NCBI GenBank assembly: GCA_963776345.1 | Contig: CAVZMH010000006.1 | Span: 1-64,000 of the forward strand | DNA: 64,000 nt | Reading direction: 5' to 3' | DNA from: an uncultured delta proteobacterium | GTDB taxonomy: Bacteria > Myxococcota > Myxococcia > Myxococcales > Myxococcaceae | Part shown: positions 14,887-24,297 of the stretch, piece after piece | Layout of the letters: each line of letters opens with the position of its first letter | How positions within the stretch are numbered: the stretch's first letter is position 1 | The notes under the pieces: generated by a model | Database searches by the model: none | Told to the model about the DNA's origin: nothing | The model's input: only the letters and a program-made list of their open reading frames with translations | Translations under genes and position numbers: made by a program

Positions 14887-16329
14887 ATGAGACAGGCCGT
14901 GGAGATCGGTTCGGCGCAGGACTGGCGCGGCGAGGTTCGCCGCCTGTTCGACCTCCAGGCCGGGTCGCGCTGGACGGTGTCGCGCTCCGGCGCCGCGGAT
15001 CGGCGGAAGAAGCTGCAGCGGCTCAGGACCGCTCTCCAGAAGCACCGGCCGGCGCTGGCGGAGGGCATCCGGCGCGACTTCGGCCGTCCGCCGGAGGAGT
15101 CCGAGTTCGTCGAGTTCCACCCCATCTTCGAGGAGCTGAACCACGCCATCGCCCACCTCGGCGAGTGGATGCGGCCCGAGCCGGTGGAGGCGACCCTGCT
15201 GCTCGCCGACACCGCGAGCGAGATCCGCTGGGAGGCCAAGGGGCAGGTGCTGGTCCTCGCGCCCTGGAACTACCCGGTGTTCCTCACCCTCGGCCCGCTG
15301 ATCGGAGCGATCGCCGCAGGGAACGTGGTCCTGGTGAAGCCCTCGGAGAAGGTGCCCGAGACCAACCGCGCCCTGCGGGCGTTCCTGGCGGAGACCTTCC
15401 CGGAGTCGGAGGTGGCGATGGTGGAGGGCGAGGCGCCCGTGGCCGAGGCCCTGCTCGACCTCCCGTTCGATCACATCTTCTTCACCGGCAGCACCCGGGT
15501 GGGGAAGCTGGTGATGGCCGCTGCGGCGAAGCACCTGGCCTCGGTCACCCTGGAGCTCGGCGGCAAGTCGCCCGCCGTCGTCGCCCCGGATGCGCACATC
15601 GCCCGGGCGGGCGCGGCGATCGCCTGGGGCAGCTTCGTCAACGCCGGTCAGACCTGCATCGCTCCGGACTACGTCCTGGTCCAGGAGGGACAGCGGCAGG
15701 CGCTGCTCGACGCCCTGCGCGCCGCGATCGAGCGGAGCTACGGACCCGAGTCGGGGTGGTCCACCAACCGGGACTTCGCGCGGCTCGTCGACCCGGGCGC
15801 GTTCTCCCGGGTGAAGGGCCTCCTCGACGACGCCGTCCGGCGAGGGGCGAAGGTGGTGGTCGGTGGTGAGACCAACGCCGCCGAGCGGTACCTGGCCCCC
15901 ACCGTGCTGGTGGACGTGCCCGACGATGCGCCGCTCCTTCAAGAGGAGATCTTCGGTCCGCTTCTCCCGGTCGTCACCTACCGCACGCTCGAGGACGCGC
16001 TGGAGTACGTCCGGAAGCGGCCCAAGCCGCTCGCGCTCTACCTGTTCTCCCGCTCGGGGAGCACGGTGGAGGAGGCGCTGGAGGGGACCACCTCGGGTGG
16101 GGTGTGCGTCAACAACACGCTGCTCCACCTCGCCAACCCCCGGCTGCCGTTCGGCGGCGTCGGGCCCAGCGGCGTCGGCAACTACCACGGCCGGGCGGGG
16201 TTCCGGGCCTTCAGCCACGAGCGGGCGGTGATGCGGCAGCAGGGCAATCCGCTGGCCCGCTGGCTCGCGCCGCCGTACGGCGGCCGGATGAACCGGATGG
16301 TGGCCCGGCTGGCGCGGCTTCTCGAGTGA
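14887..16329 (+). CDS. Aldehyde dehydrogenase (ALDH3/fatty-aldehyde type)
   Basis: PWNYP, FTGS, LELGGKSP, catalytic NAGQTC, EEIFGP, PFGGVGPSG. Start could be 14827 or 14887. Confidence 0.93.
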   Translation: MRQAVEIGSAQDWRGEVRRLFDLQAGSRWTVSRSGAADRRKKLQRLRTALQKHRPALAEGIRRDFGRPPEESEFVEFHPIFEELNHAIAHLGEWMRPEPVEATLLLADTASEIRWEAKGQVLVLAPWNYPVFLTLGPLIGAIAAGNVVLVKPSEKVPETNRALRAFLAETFPESEVAMVEGEAPVAEALLDLPFDHIFFTGSTRVGKLVMAAAAKHLASVTLELGGKSPAVVAPDAHIARAGAAIAWGSFVNAGQTCIAPDYVLVQEGQRQALLDALRAAIERSYGPESGWSTNRDFARLVDPGAFSRVKGLLDDAVRRGAKVVVGGETNAAERYLAPTVLVDVPDDAPLLQEEIFGPLLPVVTYRTLEDALEYVRKRPKPLALYLFSRSGSTVEEALEGTTSGGVCVNNTLLHLANPRLPFGGVGPSGVGNYHGRAGFRAFSHERAVMRQQGNPLARWLAPPYGGRMNRMVARLARLLE

Positions 16330-16360
16330 CGGGACGGGGCCCGTTCCAGGCGCCGCCCCG

Positions 16361-16376
16361 TTGACTTTCGGGTCAA
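16361..16376. promoter_or_regulatory. Palindrome TTGAC-N6-GTCAA upstream of the thiolase (operator, -35 element or UUCG hairpin)
   Basis: ttgactttcgggtcaa in the short intergenic gap, ending 20 nt before the ATG at 16397. Confidence 0.35.
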
Positions 16377-16396
16377 TCCCGTCGTGTCCTCCGCTC

Positions 16397-17569
16397 ATGG
16401 CCGAGGCGCTGATCATCGATGCGGTCCGGACTCCTCGCGGGAAACGCAAGGGGAGCCTGGCGGGAGTTCACGCGGTGGACCTGGCGGCGCACGTGCTGAA
16501 CGCCGCGCTCGAGCGCACCGGCGTCCCGGCCGGGCGGGTGGAGGACGTGGTGCTCGGCTGCGTCACCCAGATCGGCGAGCAGGCCTTCGACGTCGCCCGC
16601 GGCGCGGTGCTCGCCGCCGGGATGCCCATCGAGGTCCCGGGGAAGACGGTGAACCGGCTCTGCGGCAGCGGGCTCACCGCCGTGGCGGACATCGCCCAGG
16701 GCATCCTGGCCGGGCAGATCCAGCTTGGCATCGGCGGCGGAGTCGAGGCGATGACCCGCATCCCGATGGGCTCCGACGCGGGCTTCGGTGACGGACCCAC
16801 CTCGCCGCGGCTCGCCGAGCGCTTCCCGGACCTCACCCACCAGGGGCTCTCGGCGGAGCTGATCGCCCGCCGGTGGTCGCTGTCGCGCGGGCAGCTCGAC
16901 GAGTTCGCCGCCGCCTCGCAGAGCAAGGCCATCGCCGCACGGGCGGCGGGCTGGTTCCGGCAGGAGATCGCCCCCGTCCCGGTGAAGGACGCCGACGGGA
17001 GCCGGCGGCTCTTCTCCGACGACGAGCATCCCCGCGCGGGAACCACGGTCGAGTCCCTGGCGACCCTCAAGCCGAGCTTCCGGGAGGACGGCGTCATCCA
17101 CGCCGGGAGCTCCTCGGGCATCGTGGATGGAGCTGCCGCGGTGGTGGTGGCCTCCGGCGAGGCGGCCCGGGCGCTCGGGCTCCGGCCGCGGGCCCGCATC
17201 GTCACCACCGCGGTGGTCGGCTCCGACCCCGTTCTCATGCTCACCGGCCCCATCCCCTCGAGCCGCCTGGCCCTCGCGCGCGCCGGATGGGCCGTGGAGG
17301 ACGTGGACCTCTGGGAGATCAACGAGGCCTTCGCCCCGGTCCCCATCGTCGTGGGGCAGGAGCTGGGCATCCCGCTCGACCGCATCAACGTGCAGGGTGG
17401 GGCCATCGCGCTCGGCCACCCGCTGGGCGCGACCGGGGCGATGCTCCTGGCGACGCTGCTCGGGGCGCTGGAGCGACGCTCGCTCCGCCGGGGGGCGGTC
17501 AGCCTCTGCATCGGCTACGGGATGGGCATCACCATGCTCGTCGAGCGGGTGGACGGGGCCCGGGGGTGA
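16397..17569 (+). CDS. Acetyl-CoA C-acyltransferase (thiolase)
   Basis: NRLCGSG, NEAFA, GGAIALGHPLGATG, LCIGYGMG. Confidence 0.95.
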   Translation: MAEALIIDAVRTPRGKRKGSLAGVHAVDLAAHVLNAALERTGVPAGRVEDVVLGCVTQIGEQAFDVARGAVLAAGMPIEVPGKTVNRLCGSGLTAVADIAQGILAGQIQLGIGGGVEAMTRIPMGSDAGFGDGPTSPRLAERFPDLTHQGLSAELIARRWSLSRGQLDEFAAASQSKAIAARAAGWFRQEIAPVPVKDADGSRRLFSDDEHPRAGTTVESLATLKPSFREDGVIHAGSSSGIVDGAAAVVVASGEAARALGLRPRARIVTTAVVGSDPVLMLTGPIPSSRLALARAGWAVEDVDLWEINEAFAPVPIVVGQELGIPLDRINVQGGAIALGHPLGATGAMLLATLLGALERRSLRRGAVSLCIGYGMGITMLVERVDGARG

Positions 17570-17623
17570 CGCTTTCGCACCGGGGCCGACACCTGGCGGC
17601 CCCGGGTCGCGTGGCACGCGCCG

Positions 17624-18070
17624 GTGGGAGGCACTAGCCTGGAGTCCGTGGACTTCAGCCCGGCCCCAGCGCCCGAGGTCTTCCGGCCGCGGCCCGTCCT
17701 CGCCGCGGCGATGGGCACCGCCGCGCTGCTCTGGCTCTTCGTCCTCGTCTACCTGATGCAGTTCGAGGGGGTGCCGGCGAAGACGTTCATCTCCGCCATC
17801 TTCTTCGTCGTCTTCTTCGGGGTGTCGCTGACCTACTACGCCCGCACCGCGATCGTCGTCGACGACGGGGGGGTGACGTACCGGGGCCTGGTGCGGACCG
17901 ACTACTTCGCCTTCCGCGACATCCTGAAGGTGGACATTCTCCCCGGCCCGGTCACGGTGTACGCGGTGCGCGGGCGCGGCCGCGGGATGCACTTCACGAG
18001 CTTCTTCGCCCAGCACCGCCGTCTGATGGAGCTCCTGGTGAAGCGGGCAGGGCTGTCGCCGATGAGGTGA
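17624..18070 (+). CDS. Small membrane protein, two TM helices plus possible bacterial PH-like domain
   Basis: Two hydrophobic segments followed by IVVDDGGVTYRGL; strong GC3 codon bias. Confidence 0.7.
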   Translation: MGGTSLESVDFSPAPAPEVFRPRPVLAAAMGTAALLWLFVLVYLMQFEGVPAKTFISAIFFVVFFGVSLTYYARTAIVVDDGGVTYRGLVRTDYFAFRDILKVDILPGPVTVYAVRGRGRGMHFTSFFAQHRRLMELLVKRAGLSPMR

Positions 18071-18734
18071 GCCCGGCGGGGAGCGCTCGCGCCTGCACCT
18101 CCGCCCGGTAGTGGAGCAAGGAACGGCCCACGCCGAGGATGTCGCCGTCCGACAGCCGCAACCCCGCGCGGAGCCATCGCCCGTTGCACCGCGCGCGGTT
18201 GCGCCCGCCCAGGTCGCGGACCCGGTGCACGCGGCCCTCGCGGACCAGCTGGAGGTGACGGCGGGAGACCGCTCCATCGCTGAGGCGCACCGCGCAGGCC
18301 GGCAGCCGTCCCAGCTCCGGCGCGGGCCCGACGAGCGGGAAGATGGCCCCCGCGTCCTCGCCCGCCACGCAGGTCAGCACCGGCGCCGCCGAGCACAGAG
18401 GCGCGCCACCGGGCGCGAGCAGGGACCGGACCAGCGCCACGGTGTCCGGACGGTCGGGGACCGGCTCGACCCAGAGCTGCGCCTCGCGCGACAGCCGCAC
18501 CCGTTCCCCGGGAAGGAGCCACCGGCGGACGCCCGGATCGAGCACCGCGCGCCCGACCGCGCGAGCCTCGGCGCACCGGACCCAGACCCGCTCCTCCGTG
18601 AGGTCCAGCTCCAGGAGCCGTGGCGGCAATCCGGGGAAGCGGACGCCATCGTCCACGCCCCCGCCCACCGTCCAGGTTCCCGGCTGGAGCTCCAGCTCGG
18701 AGCCCACCCCTCGTGCCTCGAAGCGGACGTGCAT
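17994..18734 (-). CDS. FHA domain protein (degenerate N-terminal FHA-like domain plus C-terminal FHA)
   Basis: LGR...DGAVSRRH...DLGGRN...LSDGDILGVG; ATG at 18734. Confidence 0.75.
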   Translation of the reverse strand: MHVRFEARGVGSELELQPGTWTVGGGVDDGVRFPGLPPRLLELDLTEERVWVRCAEARAVGRAVLDPGVRRWLLPGERVRLSREAQLWVEPVPDRPDTVALVRSLLAPGGAPLCSAAPVLTCVAGEDAGAIFPLVGPAPELGRLPACAVRLSDGAVSRRHLQLVREGRVHRVRDLGGRNRARCNGRWLRAGLRLSDGDILGVGRSLLHYRAEVQARALPAGLTSSATALPASPGAPSDGGAGRRSS

Positions 18735-18786
18735 GGGAGGCCTCGGTGGCAATGGACGTGCCAGCCCGGGGCGTGCAGCGAGTAGG

Positions 18787-19977
18787 GTGCGCCCCGTGCG
18801 CCTTCGACGCCGTTCCACGTTGCTCGTCTGTCTCGGACTCCTCGTCTCGGGATGCCGCGACGAGCAGGCGGGTCCTCGTCCGCGGGTCCGGGCGCCGGCG
18901 TCCGGCGGCGCGGAGGCGGCGGCGGGCTCGGTCCAGGGCACCTGGGCCGGCGGCGCCATCAAGTACCTCGGGACGCGGGTCGAGCGGGGCAAGGACGACC
19001 GTGGGAAGGACGCCGTCCGGCTGACCCATCGCTTCGAGGCGACGCAGCGGCTGCCGCCTGGGTGGCAGATCTTCGTCCACCTGGTCGATGCCCGGACCGG
19101 GCAGATGCTGGCCAACGGGGATCACGCGCCACCGGTCCCGCTCGAGCAGTGGCCGGTGGGGCAGCCGGTGCAGGACGTGCAGATTCTCCAGCTCCCGCCC
19201 GGGGCGCCGGAGGCGCGGGTGCTGCTCGGGTTCTGGCACGACGACCAGCGGCTCCCGGTGGACCAGCCTTCGGCGCAGGACGGGCAGCAGCGGATGCTCG
19301 GACCGGTCATCGGCGGCGGGCCGCCCCCGGTGCCCGAGGCCCACGTGCGGCGGACCCCGACGCCACCGAAGCTCGACGGAGTCCTGGACGATCCGGCCTG
19401 GCAGAGCGCGACCCCGCTCACGCTGGTGGACAGCCTCGATGGGCGGCCGGCGCAATTCCGGACCACGGTGCGGATGACGTGGGACGCCGAGGCTCTGTAC
19501 GTCGCCTTCGACTGCGAGGACCCCGATGTCTGGGGGACGTTCAGCAAGCGGGACGAGCCGCTGTACACCCAGGAGGTGGTGGAGATCTTCGTCGACGCCG
19601 ATGCGGACGGGCGGACCTACGACGAGATCGAGGTGAGCCCCCACAACGTGGTGTTCGACGCCTACTTCCCGGCGCGCCGGCAGGGCATGGACCTGTCGTG
19701 GGACTCCGGGCTGGAGAGCGCGGTGAAGGTCAACGGCACGATTGACGACGCGCGCGACCGCGACCAGGGCTGGACGGTGGAGATGCGCATCCCCTTCGCC
19801 CGCCTGCACGCGGTGCCGCACGTCCCGCCGAAGCCGGGTGACCGCTGGCGCTTCAACCTCTACCGGCTCGAGCTGCCCGACCGGAAGAGCGCGCAGGGGC
19901 AGGCGTTCTCGCCGCTCTTCGTCGGCGACTTCCACGCCGTGGACCGCTTCGCCTGGCTGGTCTTCGACGAGCAGTGA
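18787..19977 (+). CDS. Lipoprotein with CBM9/DOMON-like sugar-binding domain
   Basis: Lipobox LVSGC; PKLDGVLDDPAW, WDAEALYVAF, VEIFVD, WTVEMRIPF, WRFNLYR. Confidence 0.8.
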   Translation: MRPVRLRRRSTLLVCLGLLVSGCRDEQAGPRPRVRAPASGGAEAAAGSVQGTWAGGAIKYLGTRVERGKDDRGKDAVRLTHRFEATQRLPPGWQIFVHLVDARTGQMLANGDHAPPVPLEQWPVGQPVQDVQILQLPPGAPEARVLLGFWHDDQRLPVDQPSAQDGQQRMLGPVIGGGPPPVPEAHVRRTPTPPKLDGVLDDPAWQSATPLTLVDSLDGRPAQFRTTVRMTWDAEALYVAFDCEDPDVWGTFSKRDEPLYTQEVVEIFVDADADGRTYDEIEVSPHNVVFDAYFPARRQGMDLSWDSGLESAVKVNGTIDDARDRDQGWTVEMRIPFARLHAVPHVPPKPGDRWRFNLYRLELPDRKSAQGQAFSPLFVGDFHAVDRFAWLVFDEQ

Positions 19978-20040
19978 GCCGCCTGCCGTCGTCGATCTCG
20001 GAACTCCCCACCTGGCCGGCGCGGGGCGGACCGGCTTCGC

Positions 20041-20148
20041 AGCAATCGTGGACATAGCAACTTCGACGAAGCTTCAATGGCTTGGAGTGACGATGGGGTC
20101 CGGAGATACGGACGACTGACATGCGAAGTTGCTATGTCCACGCTTGCT
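20041..20148. repeat. 25-bp inverted repeat (1 mismatch) around a 58-bp spacer; MITE/REPIN-like or structured RNA
   Basis: agcaatcgtggacatagcaacttcg (20041-20065) and cgaagttgctatgtccacgcttgct (20124-20148). Confidence 0.8.
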
Positions 20149-20245
20149 CCGGGCCCGGTGCCCCGGGGCTCGCGCTCGTCGCCGGTGCCGTCGGCGCGGT
20201 CGCTCGTGGCCGGACGGCCTTGACACGTCGCTCGCCGGAGCAACC

Positions 20246-20506
20246 TCAGCCGGTCCGGAAGTCCCAGCGGCTCTCCGCCTCGCTCGGCGCGCGCGGATCT
20301 CCGAGGAAGTGCAGGTAGCCCTGGAGCTCGAGCGTGTCGACGACCGACTCGGCCTGGAGCTCGCTGAAGCCGAGCAGGTCCACCAGCGCATCGCGCATCC
20401 TCGCCTTGCCGCGCAGGTAGCCGACCGGCTCGCCCGGGCCGAGTGCCCGGTGGAGGTCCCTGCTCAGCGCGGCGAGGTCCAGCTCCTCGGGAATCATCCA
20501 GCTCAC
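20246..20506 (-). CDS. Small hypothetical protein coupled to comEC
   Basis: GTG 20506 overlaps the comEC TGA (alternative ATG 20497); MIPEELDLAALSRDLHRALG... with typical codon usage. Confidence 0.7.
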   Translation of the reverse strand: MSWMIPEELDLAALSRDLHRALGPGEPVGYLRGKARMRDALVDLLGFSELQAESVVDTLELQGYLHFLGDPRAPSEAESRWDFRTG

Positions 20507-22917
20507 GGTGCGCCGGCCTCGCCTGCGCCGGCAAGCGGGCGGGCCACCAGCCGTCCGTGCCGCCCCCGGAATGTCTCCCAGCGGACGCCCCCCGGTTCGA
20601 GCGCGACCCGGATCGCCCCGTCGACGTCGGTGCGCAGCACCTCGGCTCCGCTCGAGCGCCAGCGCTCCACCACCTCGGGCGCGGGGAGCCCGAAGCGGTT
20701 GGCCCGGCCGTCGGAGAAGAGCGCCAGCCAGGCCTGGCTCGCGGAGACCAGCCGAGGCGAGCTCGAGGTGCGTGAACCGTGGTGGGGCACCTTCACCACC
20801 GTGCTCTCGAGCGGCGGGAGCTCCTCCTCCGCCGCCTCTCCGGCGTCCCCGGCGAGCAGCACGGAGCGCCCCGCGGCGCTCAGATGAAGGACGAGGCTCC
20901 GGTCGTTCACCGAGCGGAGCCGGCTCGCCTCCCGGGGCGGAGAGAGGACACGCACCGTCGTCCCTCCGAGCGTCCGCACCTCCCTCGCCGCGAGCCACTC
21001 CACCCGGGCCGCTCCGGCCGCGGCCAGCAGCGCATCGACGAGCGGCCCACGCTCGACGCCCGCCGGGAGCCACAGCCGGTCCACCGGGATCTCCCGGAGC
21101 ACGGTCAAGAGCCCGAGCGCGTGGTCCGGATGGGGGTGGGACAGGGCCACCACCTCGAGGCGCCGGATGCCTCGCTCACGGAGGTACGGCACCACGACGC
21201 GGGCGCCGGGGTCGATGCCGCCGGGCACGCCTCCCCCGTCGACGAGCAGATGTGCCGCGCCGGACGAGACGAGGATCGAGTCCCCGTGGCCCACCGGGAG
21301 CACCGTGAGCTCGAGCGGCGGATGCGGCTCGAGCAGTGGACGGGCGAGCACGGCGAGCATCGCCAGGACCGCGACCCACCCCGCGCGCCGCACGCCGAGG
21401 GCGACGCCCAGCAGGCCCAGGCCGAAGGCCAGCGCCGCGGGCCAGGGGAACGAGGGGGTGGTGAGCACACCGGCCGGCACCGCGGCCCCGGCGCGGACCA
21501 GCGCGAGCAGCGCCTGCGCGGCGCCCGAGGCCACGCGCAGCGGCGCGGCGGCGAGGGCAGGGGAGAGGCAGAACAGGCCCCCGGTGACCGCGGAGGCCAG
21601 CGTGAGGACCGAGGCCACCGGGAGGGCGATGACGTTGACCGCCCAGCCGACCAGCGAGATGCGGTGGAAGGCGGTCGCCACCAGCGGGATGGAGGCCAGC
21701 GTGACCGCCGCGCTGGCGGTGCAGACGCCGAGGAGCGCTTCCCGGAGCTGCTCCCGCGCCCGCCGCCAGCGCTCGGGCCGGCGCGGATCCGGCGGAGGCA
21801 CCGGCACCCACGCGCGGAGGCGGGGCGCGAGCAGCACCAGCGCCAGCACCGCGGTGAAGCTGAGCTGGAGCGACAGGTCGCGGACGGACGCTGGGTCGGC
21901 CACCAGGAGCGCCCCGGCGGCGAGGGCCAGCGCGTTCAGCGCGTCGGTCGGCCGCTGGAGCGCCCGACCGGCGAGCACCACGCCGAGCATCAGCGCGGAC
22001 CGGACGGCCGGCGGCTGATTCCCGGTGAAGACGACGTAGCCCCAGACCAGCGGCAGCGCGGCGAGCGCAGCCGGGCGCCGCGGGTCCATCCGGCGGACCA
22101 GGGCCGGCGAGGTCCGCAGCAGGGCGGCGAGGACGGCGGCGAGGACCAGAGCGAGCGCGGCGACGTGGAGCCCGCTCACGCTCAGCACGTGGGCGAGGCC
22201 GCTCCGGGCAAAGCGGTCCTCCCACTCCGGCCCGAGCTCCGACCGCAGCCCGGCGGCGAGCGCGCCCACCAGCGCGGAGGCGTCGGCATCGGTGAGCCGC
22301 CCCTGCGTCCAGTGGCCGAAGGCCTCGCGTCGCTGCGTCACCCAGAGCCGCCACCGCTCCGGGGGGAGGAGCGGGACCAGCGAGCCAGGAGCGATGCGGC
22401 CGGAGGTCGAGAGCCCGCGTGCCCGCGCCGCCGCGCCCGCGTCGTACTGGCCCCAGGACTCGGTTCCGGCATCGGGGCGGAGCTCGGCCCGGAGCTGGAC
22501 CCGCTGCCCGGGCCAGGGATGGAGGTCCGGGTCGCTCCACCAGAGCCGGGTCCGGGCCCTGGCCGGAGCCCCGTCCGCCCGCGCGACCTCGAGGACCGCC
22601 CGGCCACCGCGCGCGTCCACCTCCACCGGCCCCAGCCGGCCCTCGAGGAGCACCGGTCGTCCGGTGGGGAGCGGGGTCGACCGTTCGGCGCGGGCGGCGA
22701 GCGTGGAGCCGGTGAGCAGGGCGGCCGCGAGGAGCGCCAGGTGCCCGCCCGGCCGCGCGTGGGAGGCCAGTGCGACAATCGCCAGCACGGCAGCCAGGCA
22801 GGCAACCAGCACGGGCACCGGGCGCGACAGGCCGGGGAGGGCGCAGCCGAGACCGAGGGCGAGCACCGGGAAGACGAGCGGGCGGATCCCCAGGTCCTTC
22901 CAGGTCCAGCTCCCCAT
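20503..22917 (-). CDS. comEC: DNA-uptake competence protein ComEC/Rec2
   Basis: HVLSVSGLHV, SLQLSF, multiple TM helices, metallo-beta-lactamase domain (VGHGDS, SHPHPDH, KVPHHGS). Confidence 0.92.
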   Translation of the reverse strand: MGSWTWKDLGIRPLVFPVLALGLGCALPGLSRPVPVLVACLAAVLAIVALASHARPGGHLALLAAALLTGSTLAARAERSTPLPTGRPVLLEGRLGPVEVDARGGRAVLEVARADGAPARARTRLWWSDPDLHPWPGQRVQLRAELRPDAGTESWGQYDAGAAARARGLSTSGRIAPGSLVPLLPPERWRLWVTQRREAFGHWTQGRLTDADASALVGALAAGLRSELGPEWEDRFARSGLAHVLSVSGLHVAALALVLAAVLAALLRTSPALVRRMDPRRPAALAALPLVWGYVVFTGNQPPAVRSALMLGVVLAGRALQRPTDALNALALAAGALLVADPASVRDLSLQLSFTAVLALVLLAPRLRAWVPVPPPDPRRPERWRRAREQLREALLGVCTASAAVTLASIPLVATAFHRISLVGWAVNVIALPVASVLTLASAVTGGLFCLSPALAAAPLRVASGAAQALLALVRAGAAVPAGVLTTPSFPWPAALAFGLGLLGVALGVRRAGWVAVLAMLAVLARPLLEPHPPLELTVLPVGHGDSILVSSGAAHLLVDGGGVPGGIDPGARVVVPYLRERGIRRLEVVALSHPHPDHALGLLTVLREIPVDRLWLPAGVERGPLVDALLAAAGAARVEWLAAREVRTLGGTTVRVLSPPREASRLRSVNDRSLVLHLSAAGRSVLLAGDAGEAAEEELPPLESTVVKVPHHGSRTSSSPRLVSASQAWLALFSDGRANRFGLPAPEVVERWRSSGAEVLRTDVDGAIRVALEPGGVRWETFRGRHGRLVARPLAGAGEAGAP

Positions 22918-22998
22918 CGCCCCCCGCCCCCCGTCCAACCCCGCCGAAAAAGGCGGGCAAGCCTAGTCGGTGCAGCGTCGGCGGGTCAAGACGACGCG

Positions 22999-23027
22999 TT
23001 GCAATAAGTCAGATTTCGTGGTAAGTT
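22999..23027 (+). promoter_or_regulatory. Putative sigma70/SigA promoter of cdnL
   Basis: TTGCAA, 17-nt spacer, TAAGTT with TG extended -10, in an AT-rich patch 45 nt upstream of the start. Confidence 0.55.
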
Positions 23028-23072
23028 TGCGAAATTCGGCGGCGTTCCAGGCCGCGAGGAGGCAGCTTCCCA

Positions 23073-23567
23073 GTGCAGACCAGCTTCAAGATGGGCGACA
23101 AGGCCGTGTATCCGGGCCAGGGCGTGGGTGAGGTGATGGGCATCGAGCACACCGAGGTCGCCGGCCAGCGCCAGTCGTTCTACGTCCTCCGGATTCTCGA
23201 AAACGGGATGCGGATCATGATCCCCATCAACAAGGTCGGCTCGGTCGGCCTGCGGGAGATCATCAGCGAGGACGACGTCAAGCAGGTCTACGCCATCCTC
23301 CGCGAGAAGGACATCTCGGTCGACTCCACCACCTGGAACCGGCGGTACCGGGAGTACATGGAGAAGATCAAGACCGGCTCGGTCTTCGAGATCGCCGAGG
23401 TGCTCCGCGACCTCTACCTCCTCAAGGGCGACAAGGACCTGTCCTTCGGCGAGCGAAAGATGCTGGACACCGCCCGGGCCCTGCTGATCAAGGAGCTCAG
23501 CCTCGCCAAGGAGTGCACCGAGGACGAGATCGAGGCCGACCTCCGGAAGATCTTCAGCATCACCTGA
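23073..23567 (+). CDS. cdnL: CarD/CdnL family RNA polymerase-binding regulator
   Basis: FKMGDKAVYPGQGVGEV, TWNRRYRE, LSFGERKML; 164 aa with no AT-hook domain, so CdnL rather than myxobacterial CarD. Confidence 0.93.
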   Translation: MQTSFKMGDKAVYPGQGVGEVMGIEHTEVAGQRQSFYVLRILENGMRIMIPINKVGSVGLREIISEDDVKQVYAILREKDISVDSTTWNRRYREYMEKIKTGSVFEIAEVLRDLYLLKGDKDLSFGERKMLDTARALLIKELSLAKECTEDEIEADLRKIFSIT

Positions 23568-23583
23568 GTCGTCCGGAGGTCCG

Positions 23584-24276
23584 GTGACGGCGCGCGATCC
23601 ACTCTCGCCGGAGGAAGCGCGCGCCGAGCGCATCGCCCAGCTCGAGCGAAGCACCCGACGCCGGGTGACCGGCGTGCAGCTCCCGGTGGCAGTGCTCTGT
23701 CTCCTGGGCGCCCTCTACTTGCTGGGCCGGGAAGCGCCGGACGTGGCCTACGTCTTCGGCCGGCGCGAGCCGGTCACCCTGGGCAGCGAGGGCGCGTACC
23801 GGTTCGACCGGCTCCAGCCGAACGTCTACGCCCAGGTGCACGGGGTGCCGCTGGGCACCGCCTTCTACGGCGTGGAGCGTGACGCCCGGGTGGTGCTGGT
23901 GCCGCTCCAGGACACGCCGCTGCTGGTGCGCCGGCCGACGCTGCCCACCGAGGACTGGGTGCCCGGCCGGCGGCCGCCTCCGCCCGACCCGCGCCCCTTC
24001 GGGGTGCGCGGGCGGCTCCTCCCGCTCGAGGACGTCCCCGGCTACCGGGACGCGGCGCCGCGGTTCCGGGCGCTCCAGGGGCTTCGGCCGGTGGACGGGC
24101 GGCTCTGGGTGCTCAGGGAGGGCGAGCGCCCGGGCGAGGACCGGGGGCCGCTCCTCATCGGGCTGGTGCTGCTCGGCTTCGGCGTGCTGAACGCGGTGCT
24201 CGCCGTTCGCGGAGCGCAGGCGCTGATTCAGGAGAGAGACGCCCGGCGCCGGTCGAAATACCCACGGAGCGTCTGA
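23584..24276 (+). CDS. Hypothetical membrane protein (N- and C-terminal TM helices)
   Basis: Two hydrophobic helices flanking a soluble domain; begins 16 nt after cdnL. Confidence 0.7.
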   Translation: MTARDPLSPEEARAERIAQLERSTRRRVTGVQLPVAVLCLLGALYLLGREAPDVAYVFGRREPVTLGSEGAYRFDRLQPNVYAQVHGVPLGTAFYGVERDARVVLVPLQDTPLLVRRPTLPTEDWVPGRRPPPPDPRPFGVRGRLLPLEDVPGYRDAAPRFRALQGLRPVDGRLWVLREGERPGEDRGPLLIGLVLLGFGVLNAVLAVRGAQALIQERDARRRSKYPRSV

Positions 24277-24297
24277 GCCCGGGTCGGCCTCGCCTGC

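Noticed and set aside
20041..20148. Inverted repeat read as retron msr-msd a1/a2 arms or as a CRISPR repeat
   Set aside because: No reverse transcriptase or cas gene in the window, and only one inverted pair with no direct-repeat array.
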